Below are positions 19,264 to 30,400 of a stretch of DNA of 64,000 nucleotides, one piece after another. The notes under the pieces were generated by a model, which was not told the origin of the DNA, made no database searches, and saw only the letters and a list, made by a program, of their open reading frames with translations. A program made the position numbers and the translations under genes. The stretch's first letter is position 1; every line of letters starts with the position of its first letter. The stretch comes from a bacterium (GTDB taxonomy: Bacteria; SAR324; NAC60-12), in NCBI GenBank assembly GCA_965209155.1, contig OZ242383.1:3456001-3520000 (forward strand). Direction: 5' to 3'.

Positions 19264-22200
19264 CTAAACTTTTTGCACTACGATGGTGCATGCCTCTCCG
19301 TTAATATCCCATTCGGTCCCACTGCCACCAGAGGTAAGCTGACCTGCGGGAATGGCTTTCAGCTCGTTGGCGAGGGTTTCCGTTTTGATAAACTCATCAA
19401 ATCTTGTCACGGCGGATTGCAATGATTGCGTGGTTTGATAGCGGACATGAATACGCGCCATCACGTCAAATGCCCGCTCTTTTCTCATATTTTGCACTTT
19501 ATTTACGAATTCCCGGGCAAATCCTTCTTGTTGCAAGTCTACCGTCAATTCCGTGTTCAGCGCTACCGTTACATCGTTTTCCGTCAACACCAGCAAGCCT
19601 TCTTTTTCTTGACGTTGCAAAAGCACGTCTTCAGGGTGTAAAAGGATCGATTCTTCTTTTAGCTCCAATGTCGCGCATTCACCATCCCGTAATTGAAAAA
19701 TTGCGGAAGAATCGAGCTTCGCAATAGCTTGGGCGACTTTTTTCATGCGGGCACCCAGCTTTGGGCCAAGCACCCTGTAATTCGCCTTGGCGCTGTATGT
19801 CACCAAGTCTTCTTCATTGTCCGTGATAACGACTTTTTTGATATTCAGTTCCTCAGTGATCAAATCCTCCATGTCATTCAAAATCGCTTTGGCTTCGGGG
19901 TCTCGCGTCACCAGGAATATACTGGCAAGGGGTTGTCGTATTTTCAATTGATGCTTGTTGCGCAGAGCACGACCCATGCTGACAGCAGAGAGAATTAATT
20001 CCATTTTCATTTCGATGGAAGGATCCTGGTGGCGTTTCTGCACTTGTGGGAAGTCCACCAGGTGCACGCTTAATTCATCTCGTTCTTCTCGCAGATTGCG
20101 GAAAATCCCTTCGGCAATAAAGGGCACGAATGGCGCGATCACTTTGGATAGCTCCAGTAAAACCTGGTAAAGTACCGCATAAGCTTCCTGCTTGTCTTTT
20201 TCCTGTCCCGCCTTCCAGAATCGTCGCCGGCTGCGTCGAATATACCAATTGGTCAGTAAGTCGATGTATCCCACGAAAGGAGCAACCGATTTATTCAAAT
20301 CATACGCGTCCATACCGGCTCTTACAGTTTCAATCAATCCCTGCAATTTGGAAAGAATCCATCGATCCAGTGGATTGGAGGGCATCATGCCGAGCTTTTC
20401 TTCGGTTGGCTGCCAGCGGTCGATGGCAGCATAAGTACTCAGGAAGGCCAGGGCATTCCAAAGCGGCAACAATATGGAACGGGTAGTGTCCACCAATCCT
20501 TTCTCCGAAAACCTGAGATCATCCCCGCGGACTGCGGGAGAATTGAGCATGTAGAGGCGAATAGCGTCTGCTCCATATTGACCCAGCATGTCGATAGGGT
20601 CCGGATAGTTTTTCAACCGCTTGCTCATTTTTTTACCGTCTTCCGCAAGGACTAGCCCGTTGACGATGACATTGTGAAAGGTCGGTTTGTTGTATAGCGC
20701 CGTTCCCACCACTACCAGTGAATAGAACCAACCACGAGTTTGATCCAACCCTTCACAGATAAAATCTGCCGGGAAATTGGCGTCAAATCTTTCCTTGTTT
20801 TCAAAGGGATAGTGTTCCTGAGCATAAGGCATGGAGCCGGATTCAAACCAACAATCGAGCACTTCGGGAATTCGTTTATAGGTTTTGCCGTTACGAATTA
20901 TCTCTAAATCGTCCACAAAGTGTTTGTGCAAATCTTGCACTTTTTGTCCAATTGCCTCTTCCAGTTCCGTCACGCTACCAATACAAAGACAATCCCCGTC
21001 GTTACTCTTCCAAATTGGCAATGGGGTCCCCCAGAAACGATTGCGACTGATCGCCCAATCTCTTGCATTTTCCAGCCATTTACCAAAACGTCCATCCCGG
21101 ATGTGTCCCGGCACCCAGTGAATTGTCAGATTATTTTTCACCATCTGGTCTTTGATTGCTTCCACCTTGACGAACCAGGTGGAAATGGCTTTGTAGATGA
21201 GAGGTGTGTCGGTCCGCCAGCAAAAAGGATAACTATGTTCAATGGTTTCGTGTCTGAGAATTTTGTAATTTTCTTTTAAATTGCGAATGATCGCTTTGTC
21301 GGCATCTTTGATGTTCATACCTGCGAGGAATCCCATGTAGGAGTGAAAATTCCCGTCGTCATCAACTGGATCGAACACGGGTATGCCTTCCCTCAGTCCT
21401 ATCCGTAAATCATCTTCCCCAAAAGCCGGCGCTTGATGAACAATGCCGGTTCCACTTTCATCACTGATATAATCGTCAACCAGCACCCGCCAGACTTGGG
21501 TTGTGTCCACACGTCCTTTAGCAAAGTCGAACAACGGAAAGTATGTTCGGTTCCGCAAATCGCAACCTTTCATGGTAGCAAGGATTTCATATTCTTCTCT
21601 TTGCCAATATGCAGACAAGCGACAAGCTGCTATATAATAGTTCTCTCCGCTAGTCTTTTCCTTGATTTTGACATAGTTTATTTCCGGTCCGACACAGCAT
21701 GCCAGATTTGCAGGGATCGTCCATGGAGTGGTAGTCCATCCCAAATAATAAGTATTTTCTTCGTCGCACGCTTGGAATTTGAAAGTAATCGAGGGATCCT
21801 GAGTCTCCTGATAATTAAGGTTGGCCTCAAAATTGGAAAGAGGAGTCGAAAGTCGCCAGGAATAAGGCACCACCTTTCTGCCTTCATAGATGAGATTTTT
21901 CTCCCACAATTGTTTCAAGACCCACCATACGGATTCCATGTAGGAACGATCCATGGTTTTATAGTCGTTGTCAAAGTCGACCCAACGAGCTATACGATCC
22001 ACAGTTTCCCTCCATTCCCGGGTGTATCGCAATACGATCTTGCGACATTCTTCATTGTATTTGCCTATGCCGAATTTGAGGATTTCCGGTCGCCCTTCTA
22101 ATTGTAGTTCTTGTTCCACTTCAAATTCTACCGGCAGTCCATGGCAATCCCAGCCGAAACGCCGTTCCACTCGATACCCTCGCATGGTTTTGTAGCGAGG

Positions 22201-22401
22201 AATGACATCCTTGATGGTTCCAGCAAGCAAATGCCCGTAATGGGGCAACCCCGTCGCGAAAGGAGGTCCGTCATAAAATACGAATTCACGATCTTTGGGA
22301 CGCTGCGCAATCGATTTTTCAAAGATTTGCTGATCTCTCCAGAACGTCAGAATCTCGCTTTCAAGATCGGGAAAATTGATTTTATTGGAAACTTCTTTCA
22401 T
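19264..22401 (-). CDS. ileS: Isoleucine--tRNA ligase (IleRS2 type)
   Basis: FYDGPPFATGLPHYGH, WTTTPWT, EGLDQTRGWF, KMSKR; 1045 aa with IleRS2-type C-terminus. Confidence 0.97.
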   Translation of the reverse strand: MKEVSNKINFPDLESEILTFWRDQQIFEKSIAQRPKDREFVFYDGPPFATGLPHYGHLLAGTIKDVIPRYKTMRGYRVERRFGWDCHGLPVEFEVEQELQLEGRPEILKFGIGKYNEECRKIVLRYTREWRETVDRIARWVDFDNDYKTMDRSYMESVWWVLKQLWEKNLIYEGRKVVPYSWRLSTPLSNFEANLNYQETQDPSITFKFQACDEENTYYLGWTTTPWTIPANLACCVGPEINYVKIKEKTSGENYYIAACRLSAYWQREEYEILATMKGCDLRNRTYFPLFDFAKGRVDTTQVWRVLVDDYISDESGTGIVHQAPAFGEDDLRIGLREGIPVFDPVDDDGNFHSYMGFLAGMNIKDADKAIIRNLKENYKILRHETIEHSYPFCWRTDTPLIYKAISTWFVKVEAIKDQMVKNNLTIHWVPGHIRDGRFGKWLENARDWAISRNRFWGTPLPIWKSNDGDCLCIGSVTELEEAIGQKVQDLHKHFVDDLEIIRNGKTYKRIPEVLDCWFESGSMPYAQEHYPFENKERFDANFPADFICEGLDQTRGWFYSLVVVGTALYNKPTFHNVIVNGLVLAEDGKKMSKRLKNYPDPIDMLGQYGADAIRLYMLNSPAVRGDDLRFSEKGLVDTTRSILLPLWNALAFLSTYAAIDRWQPTEEKLGMMPSNPLDRWILSKLQGLIETVRAGMDAYDLNKSVAPFVGYIDLLTNWYIRRSRRRFWKAGQEKDKQEAYAVLYQVLLELSKVIAPFVPFIAEGIFRNLREERDELSVHLVDFPQVQKRHQDPSIEMKMELILSAVSMGRALRNKHQLKIRQPLASIFLVTRDPEAKAILNDMEDLITEELNIKKVVITDNEEDLVTYSAKANYRVLGPKLGARMKKVAQAIAKLDSSAIFQLRDGECATLELKEESILLHPEDVLLQRQEKEGLLVLTENDVTVALNTELTVDLQQEGFAREFVNKVQNMRKERAFDVMARIHVRYQTTQSLQSAVTRFDEFIKTETLANELKAIPAGQLTSGGSGTEWDINGEACTIVVQKV

Positions 22402-22598
22402 TCATTCTCCTTTTTCAGATGCCCCAAGAGTACTTCGGACATCCATTTCACCTGTACGAAAGTAGGGATCAATGTTGGCTGAAGCCTGAACAATTTTCAA
22501 GTGCAATGTCCATTTTCCGTGCTCTGCAGAGTTTCCAAATTCAGAGTATGGGTTTCCAATTGTCGATTGTTCGTCTATTCAATTTTGAAATTATTGAT

Positions 22599-22753
22599 AC
22601 GTGAATCAGGAGTTAAAAAACGTGTCATTCCTGACTTGACCAGGAATCCAGGGGGATACGGGCGATATTTTGGATTCCGGATCCAGTCCGGGATGACACA
22701 ACATATTATTAAATTATTGATTTTATAAATTAAATTTCACTCCTGGTGCGCAT
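22599..22753. mobile_element. MITE-like element with internal REP-type palindromes, copy 2
   Basis: Same left part as copy 1 (CGTGAATCAGGAGTTAAAAAACGTGTCATT..GGGGGATACGGGCGATATTTTGGAT); flanking direct repeat ATTATTGAT (22590-98, 22754-62). Confidence 0.8.
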
Positions 22754-22875
22754 ATTATTGATGAGAAAGTTTATATGCGCATGTAGAAAACGGATGGTAA
22801 GTCATCACCACCGGCAGAGCCGGTGGCTTGAAGAGGCCCCCAGTATGAGGGCAAAACGTGTTCGTCATCGTAAGA

Positions 22876-23276
22876 CGTGCTCGTGCTCGTGAACGAAAAA
22901 GGCTGCCATGTTAGATCATGAAAAACTCGATGTATACCAATGTTCCATCGAATTTTTAGCGTTATCTGTCCAAGTCATCGAAACATTGCCAAAAGGATAC
23001 TCAGCCTTAGTTGACCAACTGAAAAGGGCCTCATGGTCGATTCCTCTCAATATCGCAGAAGGCTGTGGAAAAAATTCCTTTCCTGACAAGCAACGATTCT
23101 ATGCATTTGCCCGAGGTTCCGCAATGGAATGCGCTGCTATTCTCGATGTTTTAAACGTGTTGAAGATCATCCAGCCTCCTTTATTTGACGAAGGGAAACA
23201 GTTACTTCATCGCATTGTTTCTATGTTAACCAAAATGTGCCGTCGAATTCACTGACCGTTCACGAGCACGAGCACG
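22876..23276. repeat. Perfect 20-bp inverted repeat enclosing the four-helix-bundle ORF
   Basis: CGTGCTCGTGCTCGTGAACG (22876-95) and CGTTCACGAGCACGAGCACG (23257-76). Confidence 0.92.
22908..23255 (+). CDS. Four helix bundle protein (23S rRNA intervening-sequence protein family), copy A
   Basis: HEKLDVYQ...LVDQLKRASWSIPLNIAEG...ARGSAMECAA family signature. Confidence 0.92.
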   Translation: MLDHEKLDVYQCSIEFLALSVQVIETLPKGYSALVDQLKRASWSIPLNIAEGCGKNSFPDKQRFYAFARGSAMECAAILDVLNVLKIIQPPLFDEGKQLLHRIVSMLTKMCRRIH

Positions 23277-23613
23277 GCTAACGGACACGGATACGTTTCT
23301 CATGTCTGACCGGCAAAGCCTATTAGGTTCGCACCAGCAGAGCTGGTGGTTTAATGAGATTAATTATAACTTCGACATAAATTTTGGATTTCTTTTTTTT
23401 TACAAGCATGTCATCTATTCTAAGTATCCAGAATGCTCGTGTAGTATATACCTCGTTCCGACGGCCTCTGGATTTTGCGTATCACATACGTTATGATTAA
23501 CTAACCATAGGCTTTGTCAGGAAGAGGATTTTCCTTTTGATCTCCAATTGCTGGCATCTCGAGTTAGTCTTCGGGTCACCAGGTATTGACATTGAAATTC
23601 AGAAAGGACTGCT

Positions 23614-26070
23614 ATGTCGCAAGAAGATCGATATTCCGAGGCAAACACTCCCATGCGCATTCCAATGTTGCCCATGAGAGACATTGTGGTTTTTCCACGC
23701 ATGACTGCGCCTTTTTTCATCGGAAGGGCGCCTTCCATGGCCGCCCTGGAAAAAGCTCTGGCAACTGACCGCCGGGTATTCGTGGTGGCCCAACAGGATC
23801 CAATGATCGAATCACCAACTGCGGATGATTTGCATCAGATGGGAACCATCGGTCAGATCCTTCAAATCATGCGGCTTCACAACGGTACCATCAAAGCGCT
23901 GTTCGAGGCCAAAACCCGTGGAAGGCTGATTGAAGCAAGTCTGAAGGATTCTTTTTATTCCGCATTGGTAGAACCCCTGCCTGAATCCGTCTTTCGAACA
24001 CCTGAATTGATTGCGTTGGGCAAAAATGTACGACATGAGTTGAAACGTTACCTAAAGGAAGTGAAAAAGCATAACGAACGGATTGAGAAGCTGGCTTTGG
24101 ATATAGAAGAACCCTGCCACCTCGCTGACCGTATTGCGCCCCTGTTGAATATGGACCTGAAGAAAAAGCAACAGCTATTGGAAATTTCAGATCCTCAACG
24201 TCGTCTGGAAATTGTTTATGAGCGAATGTTGGAAGAAATTGAATTGAAAAAAGTTGAGCGCAAACTGAAAGAACGCGTGCAAGGCCAAATTGGCAGAACT
24301 CAAAAGGAATACTACCTCAATGAGCAAATCAAAGCCATTCAGAAAGAGTTGGGACAGGGAGAGGACGGAAAAGCCGAGATCGAGGAATATATCAAAAAAA
24401 TTGAAGACACGCCGCTTTCCCGGGAAGCCAGAGAAGTGGCTGATAAAGAAGTAAAAAAACTGAAAATGATGCAGCCGATGTCAGCAGAAGCCAATGTGGT
24501 GCGAAATTATCTGGATTGGTTGCTGGGCATGCCTTGGGGAGAGAAAACGAAAGATCACTTTGAACTGGGAGATGCCGAGAAGGTTCTCAATGTCGAACAT
24601 TATGGTTTGGAAAAAATCAAAGAGCGCATTATTGAATACCTGGCTGTAGCGCAAAAGGTCGGACAAATGAATGGTCCGATTATTTGTCTGGTAGGTCCTC
24701 CGGGGGTGGGAAAGACGTCACTTGCCCGTTCGGTAGCCAAAGCCTTGGGTAGAAAATTTGTGCGTATGAGTTTGGGAGGCGTACGGGACGAAGCGGAAAT
24801 CCGAGGACACCGGCGTACCTACATTGGCGCCCTTCCTGGAAAAATCATTCAATCCATCCGCAAAGCCAAAAGCAAAAATCCTCTCATGCTCCTCGATGAA
24901 TTAGATAAGATGACTTATGGTGTCATGGGGGACCCTGCTGCTGCTTTATTGGAAGTCTTGGACCGTGAACAAAACCACACCTTCATGGATCATTATCTGG
25001 AAGTAGAATTCGATTTATCCGATGTCCTTTTCTTTTGTACCGCCAATGTCGCCCAAAATATCCCTCCCGCGTTGAAAGATCGCATGGAAGTGATTACTTT
25101 GTCGGGGTACACGGAATTGGAAAAAGAACATATCGCGGAAAGGCATTTGATTCCCAAACAAATTGAGGAAAACGGATTGAAAAAGCAGCAGATCAAATTC
25201 CAGCGCAAGAGTTTGACCGAGATTATCCAACGCTATACGAGAGAAGCGGGTGTGCGTGATCTCGAACGTTCCATTTCCAAGGTATGTCGCAAAGTAGCCC
25301 GACAAATTGTGCAGAAACACATAGATAAAACAATTGTAGTGACAGAAAAACGAATTCATGATTTTCTCGGAGTCCCTCGTTATAAACACAAGGAGATTGG
25401 AGAGAAAAATGAAATCGGAACCACGTCCGGACTTGCCTGGACCTCAGTGGGAGGTAAATTGCTCATCAATGAAGTGAGTCTGATGAAGGGAGAGGGCAAT
25501 CTGAAATTAACAGGGCAATTGGGTGATGTGATGAAAGAATCGGCAAAGGCTGCTTTGAGTTATGTGCGCAGCAATGCAAATATGCTTGGGATTTACTCAT
25601 CCGTTTTCCAAGATACGGATATCCATATTCATGTGCCTGAAGGCGCTGTCCCCAAAGATGGTCCTTCGGCAGGAATAACTATGACCACTTCCTTAATCAG
25701 CGCTTTTACCGGTATTCCCGTCAGAAAAGAAGTGGCCATGACCGGAGAAATCACGCTACGGGGAAGAATACTGCCCATTGGTGGATTGAAAGAAAAACTA
25801 TTGGCTGCCAAACGAGGTGGAGTTCAAACCGTGCTTATTCCCGAGAAAAATGAAAAAGACTTGGTTGAGATTCCTGCCGAGATTAAAAAAGAATTGACAA
25901 TTGTTCCAATGATTTTTGCGGAGGACGCCTTGAATGTGGCGTTGGAACGAATGCCAGTTGCCGTGGAAGATCCTCCCGCGGAAGACGAAAGTATGCAGGA
26001 GAATGCAACCAATGTGATCGCGAAAGATTCCTTCACTGAGCGGGAAGTCCGCAATTTCCCTCACAATTGA
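23614..26070 (+). CDS. lon: ATP-dependent Lon protease
   Basis: GPPGVGKTS Walker [20 protein letters not shown] catalytic Ser, GGLKEK. Confidence 0.98.
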   Translation: MSQEDRYSEANTPMRIPMLPMRDIVVFPRMTAPFFIGRAPSMAALEKALATDRRVFVVAQQDPMIESPTADDLHQMGTIGQILQIMRLHNGTIKALFEAKTRGRLIEASLKDSFYSALVEPLPESVFRTPELIALGKNVRHELKRYLKEVKKHNERIEKLALDIEEPCHLADRIAPLLNMDLKKKQQLLEISDPQRRLEIVYERMLEEIELKKVERKLKERVQGQIGRTQKEYYLNEQIKAIQKELGQGEDGKAEIEEYIKKIEDTPLSREAREVADKEVKKLKMMQPMSAEANVVRNYLDWLLGMPWGEKTKDHFELGDAEKVLNVEHYGLEKIKERIIEYLAVAQKVGQMNGPIICLVGPPGVGKTSLARSVAKALGRKFVRMSLGGVRDEAEIRGHRRTYIGALPGKIIQSIRKAKSKNPLMLLDELDKMTYGVMGDPAAALLEVLDREQNHTFMDHYLEVEFDLSDVLFFCTANVAQNIPPALKDRMEVITLSGYTELEKEHIAERHLIPKQIEENGLKKQQIKFQRKSLTEIIQRYTREAGVRDLERSISKVCRKVARQIVQKHIDKTIVVTEKRIHDFLGVPRYKHKEIGEKNEIGTTSGLAWTSVGGKLLINEVSLMKGEGNLKLTGQLGDVMKESAKAALSYVRSNANMLGIYSSVFQDTDIHIHVPEGAVPKDGPSAGITMTTSLISAFTGIPVRKEVAMTGEITLRGRILPIGGLKEKLLAAKRGGVQTVLIPEKNEKDLVEIPAEIKKELTIVPMIFAEDALNVALERMPVAVEDPPAEDESMQENATNVIAKDSFTEREVRNFPHN

Positions 26071-26080
26071 GGGCGATTGG

Positions 26081-27364
26081 TTAAAATTTTTCCAAAGCCA
26101 GTTTAACGGCTTGGGTGGTTTTATCCAGATCCTCTTCCGTATGTTCTGTGGAAATAAAAAGGGATTCAAAAGCAGAAGGGGCGAGATAAACTCCTGCCGC
26201 CAACATTTCTCTGAAAAATTTCTTAAATCCTTCGACATCGGTTTGCAAGGCATCCTGGTAATTACGAATTGAGCTTGCAGCAAAGAAAAAACCAAACATC
26301 CCTCCCATGTGACGGGCTTGAAAAGGGAGACCTTTTTTTTCAAACAGGTCTATCATTTCCCCTACCAACCACGCGCTTTTCCGGCTGAGCTCCGCATAAA
26401 CCCCTTCGTCTTTGAGCAATCGAAGTGTGGCAATGCCTGCCGATACCGCAATGGGATTGCCCGACAATGTGCCTGCTTGATAAACCGGACCAACGGGGGC
26501 AACTTGCAACATGATATCCTGACGACCGCCATAAGCTCCCACAGGCAATCCGCCTCCAATCACTTTGCCGAATGTTGTGAGATCCGGTTGCACATTTAAA
26601 AGAGCTTGAGCACCACCATAATCCACGCGAAAACCGCTCATCACTTCATCAAAAATGAGTACGATCCCTTCTCGGTTACACAAATTCCGCAATCCCTGTA
26701 AGAATCCATGTTCTGGTAAAATCATACCCATATTGCCTGCCACAGGTTCGACAATCACTGCAGCAATTTCTTCGGGATGAAAATCGAGCAGTTCGACTAC
26801 TGAATCGAGATCATTGAAACGTGCCAGAAGGGTCAATTCCACATAGGCTCGAGGTACTCCCGCAGAATTTGGCTCACCCAAAGTGGTAGCGCCTGAACCG
26901 GCTTGCACCAGTAATGGATCCACACTTCCATGATAACATCCTTCAAATTTAATGATTTTGTCTTTGCCAGTATATCCACGAGCCGTACGAATGGCCCCCA
27001 TTGTAGCTTCACTTCCGGAGTTGACCAGCCGCAGAATCTCGACACTGGGTACGGCTTCCTTGATCAACTCTGCTAAAACTACCTCTTTTTCAGTAGGAGC
27101 GCCAAATGAAGTTCCCGCATGCAGTGCCTTTTCCACCGCTTCCATCACGGTTTCATGACAATGACCTAAAATAAGTGGTCCCCAGGAGCCTACATAATCA
27201 ATGAATTCGTTGCCATCAGCATCGTATATTTTAGATCCCTTACCTCGCTCGATGAATAAGGGGTGGGTCTCCACGGATTTGAAGGCACGTACGGGACTGT
27301 TGACTCCCCCCGGAATCGAAAGTTGGGCGCGCTGGAATAGTTGCAGAGATCGAGTAAACTTCAT
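26081..27364 (-). CDS. hemL: Glutamate-1-semialdehyde 2,1-aminomutase
   Basis: IPGGVNSPVRAF, FEGCYHG, FDEVMSGFR, FGKVIGGGLP, YQAGTLSGNP. Confidence 0.97.
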   Translation of the reverse strand: MKFTRSLQLFQRAQLSIPGGVNSPVRAFKSVETHPLFIERGKGSKIYDADGNEFIDYVGSWGPLILGHCHETVMEAVEKALHAGTSFGAPTEKEVVLAELIKEAVPSVEILRLVNSGSEATMGAIRTARGYTGKDKIIKFEGCYHGSVDPLLVQAGSGATTLGEPNSAGVPRAYVELTLLARFNDLDSVVELLDFHPEEIAAVIVEPVAGNMGMILPEHGFLQGLRNLCNREGIVLIFDEVMSGFRVDYGGAQALLNVQPDLTTFGKVIGGGLPVGAYGGRQDIMLQVAPVGPVYQAGTLSGNPIAVSAGIATLRLLKDEGVYAELSRKSAWLVGEMIDLFEKKGLPFQARHMGGMFGFFFAASSIRNYQDALQTDVEGFKKFFREMLAAGVYLAPSAFESLFISTEHTEEDLDKTTQAVKLALEKF

Positions 27365-27499
27365 TTTGTAGTTTTCATGAAAAAGTGCCGGCTGCCTGGA
27401 ATTTTATTCTGATTTTCATTCAACTGGAAGAGAATAAATGACCTTGAACCAGGAGATCAAAGGATTGGGTAATATTTCAGTCAGAACAATAGGAACAGG

Positions 27500-30400
27500 T
27501 TAAGGGTTTCGTTGCGATTCTTTGAATTGAGCGAAGGATTGGACTACGACTCCCGTCCCCTGAATATCCGTATGTGATTGGCCTATCATACGAATGGCTA
27601 AATAAGGATTTTTTTCAAGGGAAAGCGTATCATCCAAAATCGCCATCACTTCCTCTCGAGTCAATTCCTCGATTGCTTTGATATAATCACTGATATAATC
27701 AAATTCTGCGTTTTTTTCAAAAGCTTGATAAAACAAAAAATTTGCTTCTTCGGCAATGGTTGTGGATTTATCCAGTTGAGAATTGATCACAGACTGCCGG
27801 TAGGTTTCAAATTCAGTGTCAGGTATTTTTTTGAACTGATCAATGAATTTTGGGATATAAGCTTCTACACGCTCTTGTAACGTGCCTGGAGGATATTTAT
27901 CCGACTGCACTACCAACATCCAACCCATGGTTTTTTCCATCCACGATACGTCGCCAAATACGGTGTACCCCAACTGCTGATGGGTCCGCAATTCGGTATA
28001 TGCCCACGAACGCAAGGCATTGGCAATGATCAACATCGCTCCTCTCAGCCGAGGATTCATCTCTCCTGCCTGAATTCCAAAAAGCAGGGCGGAATTGTCG
28101 ACTTTCACCTTTTTAGAATAGATATAGTCCTGACTGTTATTGATCTGAACAATCGTATTTTTAAAGAGTTGATCTTCGGTTAAGGGCTCTCCATCTAAAT
28201 TTTGCAACATCTCCTGAAGGGCTTGTCGTACTTTTTCTTTTTCCAGATTGCCATAAACCACCCCTTGAACAAAGTAATTGCGATAGAGTGATTTCGCGTG
28301 AGCTTTCAAGTCCTCCAGGCTAATGTCACGAATAATCTCCTGATATTGGTCCACTGAGAATTTCTTCTCTTCCATGAGCAGCGAGCGCGCATAGAATGCT
28401 TGGTGATAAGCCTGATTGAATTGAAAATTCTGGTAGAGACGTAAACGTCGCTCCTTCAGAGATTGAAACGTCGCTTCATCAATTGTGATTTCCTGTAGTT
28501 TGCTCAACAGTAATCCGGATAGCGCTAAAATACGGTCTGAATAACCGCTGACATTGACTGTGATTCCTTCTTTACTCGTACTGAATTCAAAGTCCAATCC
28601 GGCAATAAGCGCTGCATATCCAAATTCATTCAATCCTTCGTTAATGGCATTGCTGTAAAGCTGGGATAATACTGCGAATCGGGGAGATTGGTATACAAGG
28701 GGGGTATTGATCAACAATATCAGTTCCGCTTTCGGTGTATGAAATCGTAAATCCTGTTGAAACCAGATTTCTGCTTGCTCATTGTCCAGGATCTTTTCAG
28801 GACGGGCTTGGGCATGTTTGAATATCAATTTTTGATAAGGCTGTATGTCCTGCAATTGATGTGGAAATAACTGTTTCTGAAATTCTTGCCAGGAAGACCA
28901 ATATATTCCTTGATTTGTCTGCAGTACATCGAGGATGGATTGGGGGATTTTTTCCTTTTTCAATCCAACCATGGATTGATAACTGAGCGTAAACTGAGTG
29001 GTCGAGGGAATCAAATCCAAATTTTCCGGGATAAATATATTTTTTTCCGGTAACTGCAATTCCATGTGAGGGTTTATTTTTTTCAGCTCACGAATGAACC
29101 CCGGACTGTCTTCCGTATATGAATAACCGGCTCCAAAATATGGCTCGATCTGGTCAGTCTTCAACCCTTTGGCCACCAAGGTAACCAGCATGTTCTCCGG
29201 GGTGAGGCGATACAGAATGCTATCGAAATGATGAGGGTCGTATCGATCATAAAGAAAGGGTGCGGTTTCTACCAAAGGCATTGGGACATAATGAAGCAAA
29301 GAAGCATAGCCAATTACCAGATCTGTGCCGTCGGTTTTTTCCTGAAACTGATAATCGATTTCTGCTATTTGCCGGAGTTCCTCAAAAAGCTCTACTTGAA
29401 AACCCGTACTTCGTAGAAGTCGGATGTATTGAAATACCCTTTTAATTACGGTTTCATATTCTTCCAGTCCTTTCGGCGTCAGTTGCACGGTAACGGTAAA
29501 GCGCCCGTATGATTTTCTGGAAGTAGCTCCTGCCGAGAGACCTGTGGCCAAACCTTCTTTTTTGAGCAAGGAAAGGAGGCTGCCTTTGCCTTCATGGCCA
29601 ATCAAGTGTCCCAAAGCATAAGTGGGTTTGGTTTCATAGAGATGTCGGACACTGGGCAACGGAAAGGTCAATTTGAGGGAGCGGGTATCTTTGAGCGGTT
29701 CAATCCTTACAACACGTAGTTGATTGCTTTTCTTCAGGAATGTTTGAGGAATAACCGGAGAGCTGGTTTGCAGATTTCGGATTTCGCTGAAGTACCTTTC
29801 CACCCATTCATGCAAAGTGTCCAGATTTTGCTTGCCCAAAACCGCCAGAGTCATCAAATTGGCAGAATAGTATTGGTTATAAAATTTCAGCAAATCTTCC
29901 CTGCTGGTATTTTGCAGGGTTGCTAAGTTACCAATGCGAAATTTTTGAGCAGGATGGTTGGGAGTGAACAGGGAAGCTTCTACTTGCAAAACTCGCCAAT
30001 GTTCGCTGGATTTTTTTTGAGTATATTCGGACTCAACCACTTCCAATTCACGCGTGACAAATTCCGGGTTGAAAAGAGGAGCGATAAAGAACTGGGCAAA
30101 GCGATCCAACGCTTCTTCCAAATGATCCCCAGCCACCTGAAAATAGTAGTTCGTCGTTTCGTCCGCTGTGAAGGCGTTGTTGAATCCGTCATGACTGGTA
30201 AGAAATTTTTGGTCGTCTCCAACCTCCGGATATTTTTCTGTCCCTAAAAACAGCATGTGTTCTAAGAAATGAGCCATACCCGGATGCTCGTCAGGATCGT
30301 TCAAGGAGCCGACTGCAACACTCAGCGACGCGGCTCCGTGGTGTACGGTTGGATCTGAAATTAAGATGACCTTGATGGAATTAGGAAGGACAAATCGACG

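Larger units (their letters stand above)
22800..23366. mobile_element. Non-autonomous IS200/IS605-type hairpin-ended element carrying a four-helix-bundle gene, copy A
   Basis: 567 bp, near-identical to the reverse complement of 53222-53788. Subterminal hairpins CCACCGGCAGAGCCGGTGG and CACCAGCAGAGCTGGTG; no terminal IR, no TSD, no transposase. Confidence 0.85.

Noticed and set aside
22402..22598. T-box leader upstream of ileS
   Set aside because: No T-box consensus; only a short hairpin before the RBS.
22856..22895. CRISPR array or iterons from the hexamer repeats
   Set aside because: Units are 6 nt, have no spacers and form an inverted pair; no cas genes.
22908..23255. Diversity-generating retroelement (Avd-like four-helix bundle)
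   Set aside because: No reverse transcriptase and no TR/VR pair in the window; the two copies duplicate a whole element rather than a template/variable segment.
23302..23496. ORFs starting MSDRQSLLGSHQQSWWFNEINY (also 53086-53286)
   Set aside because: The shared N-terminus is just the element end read into unrelated flanks.
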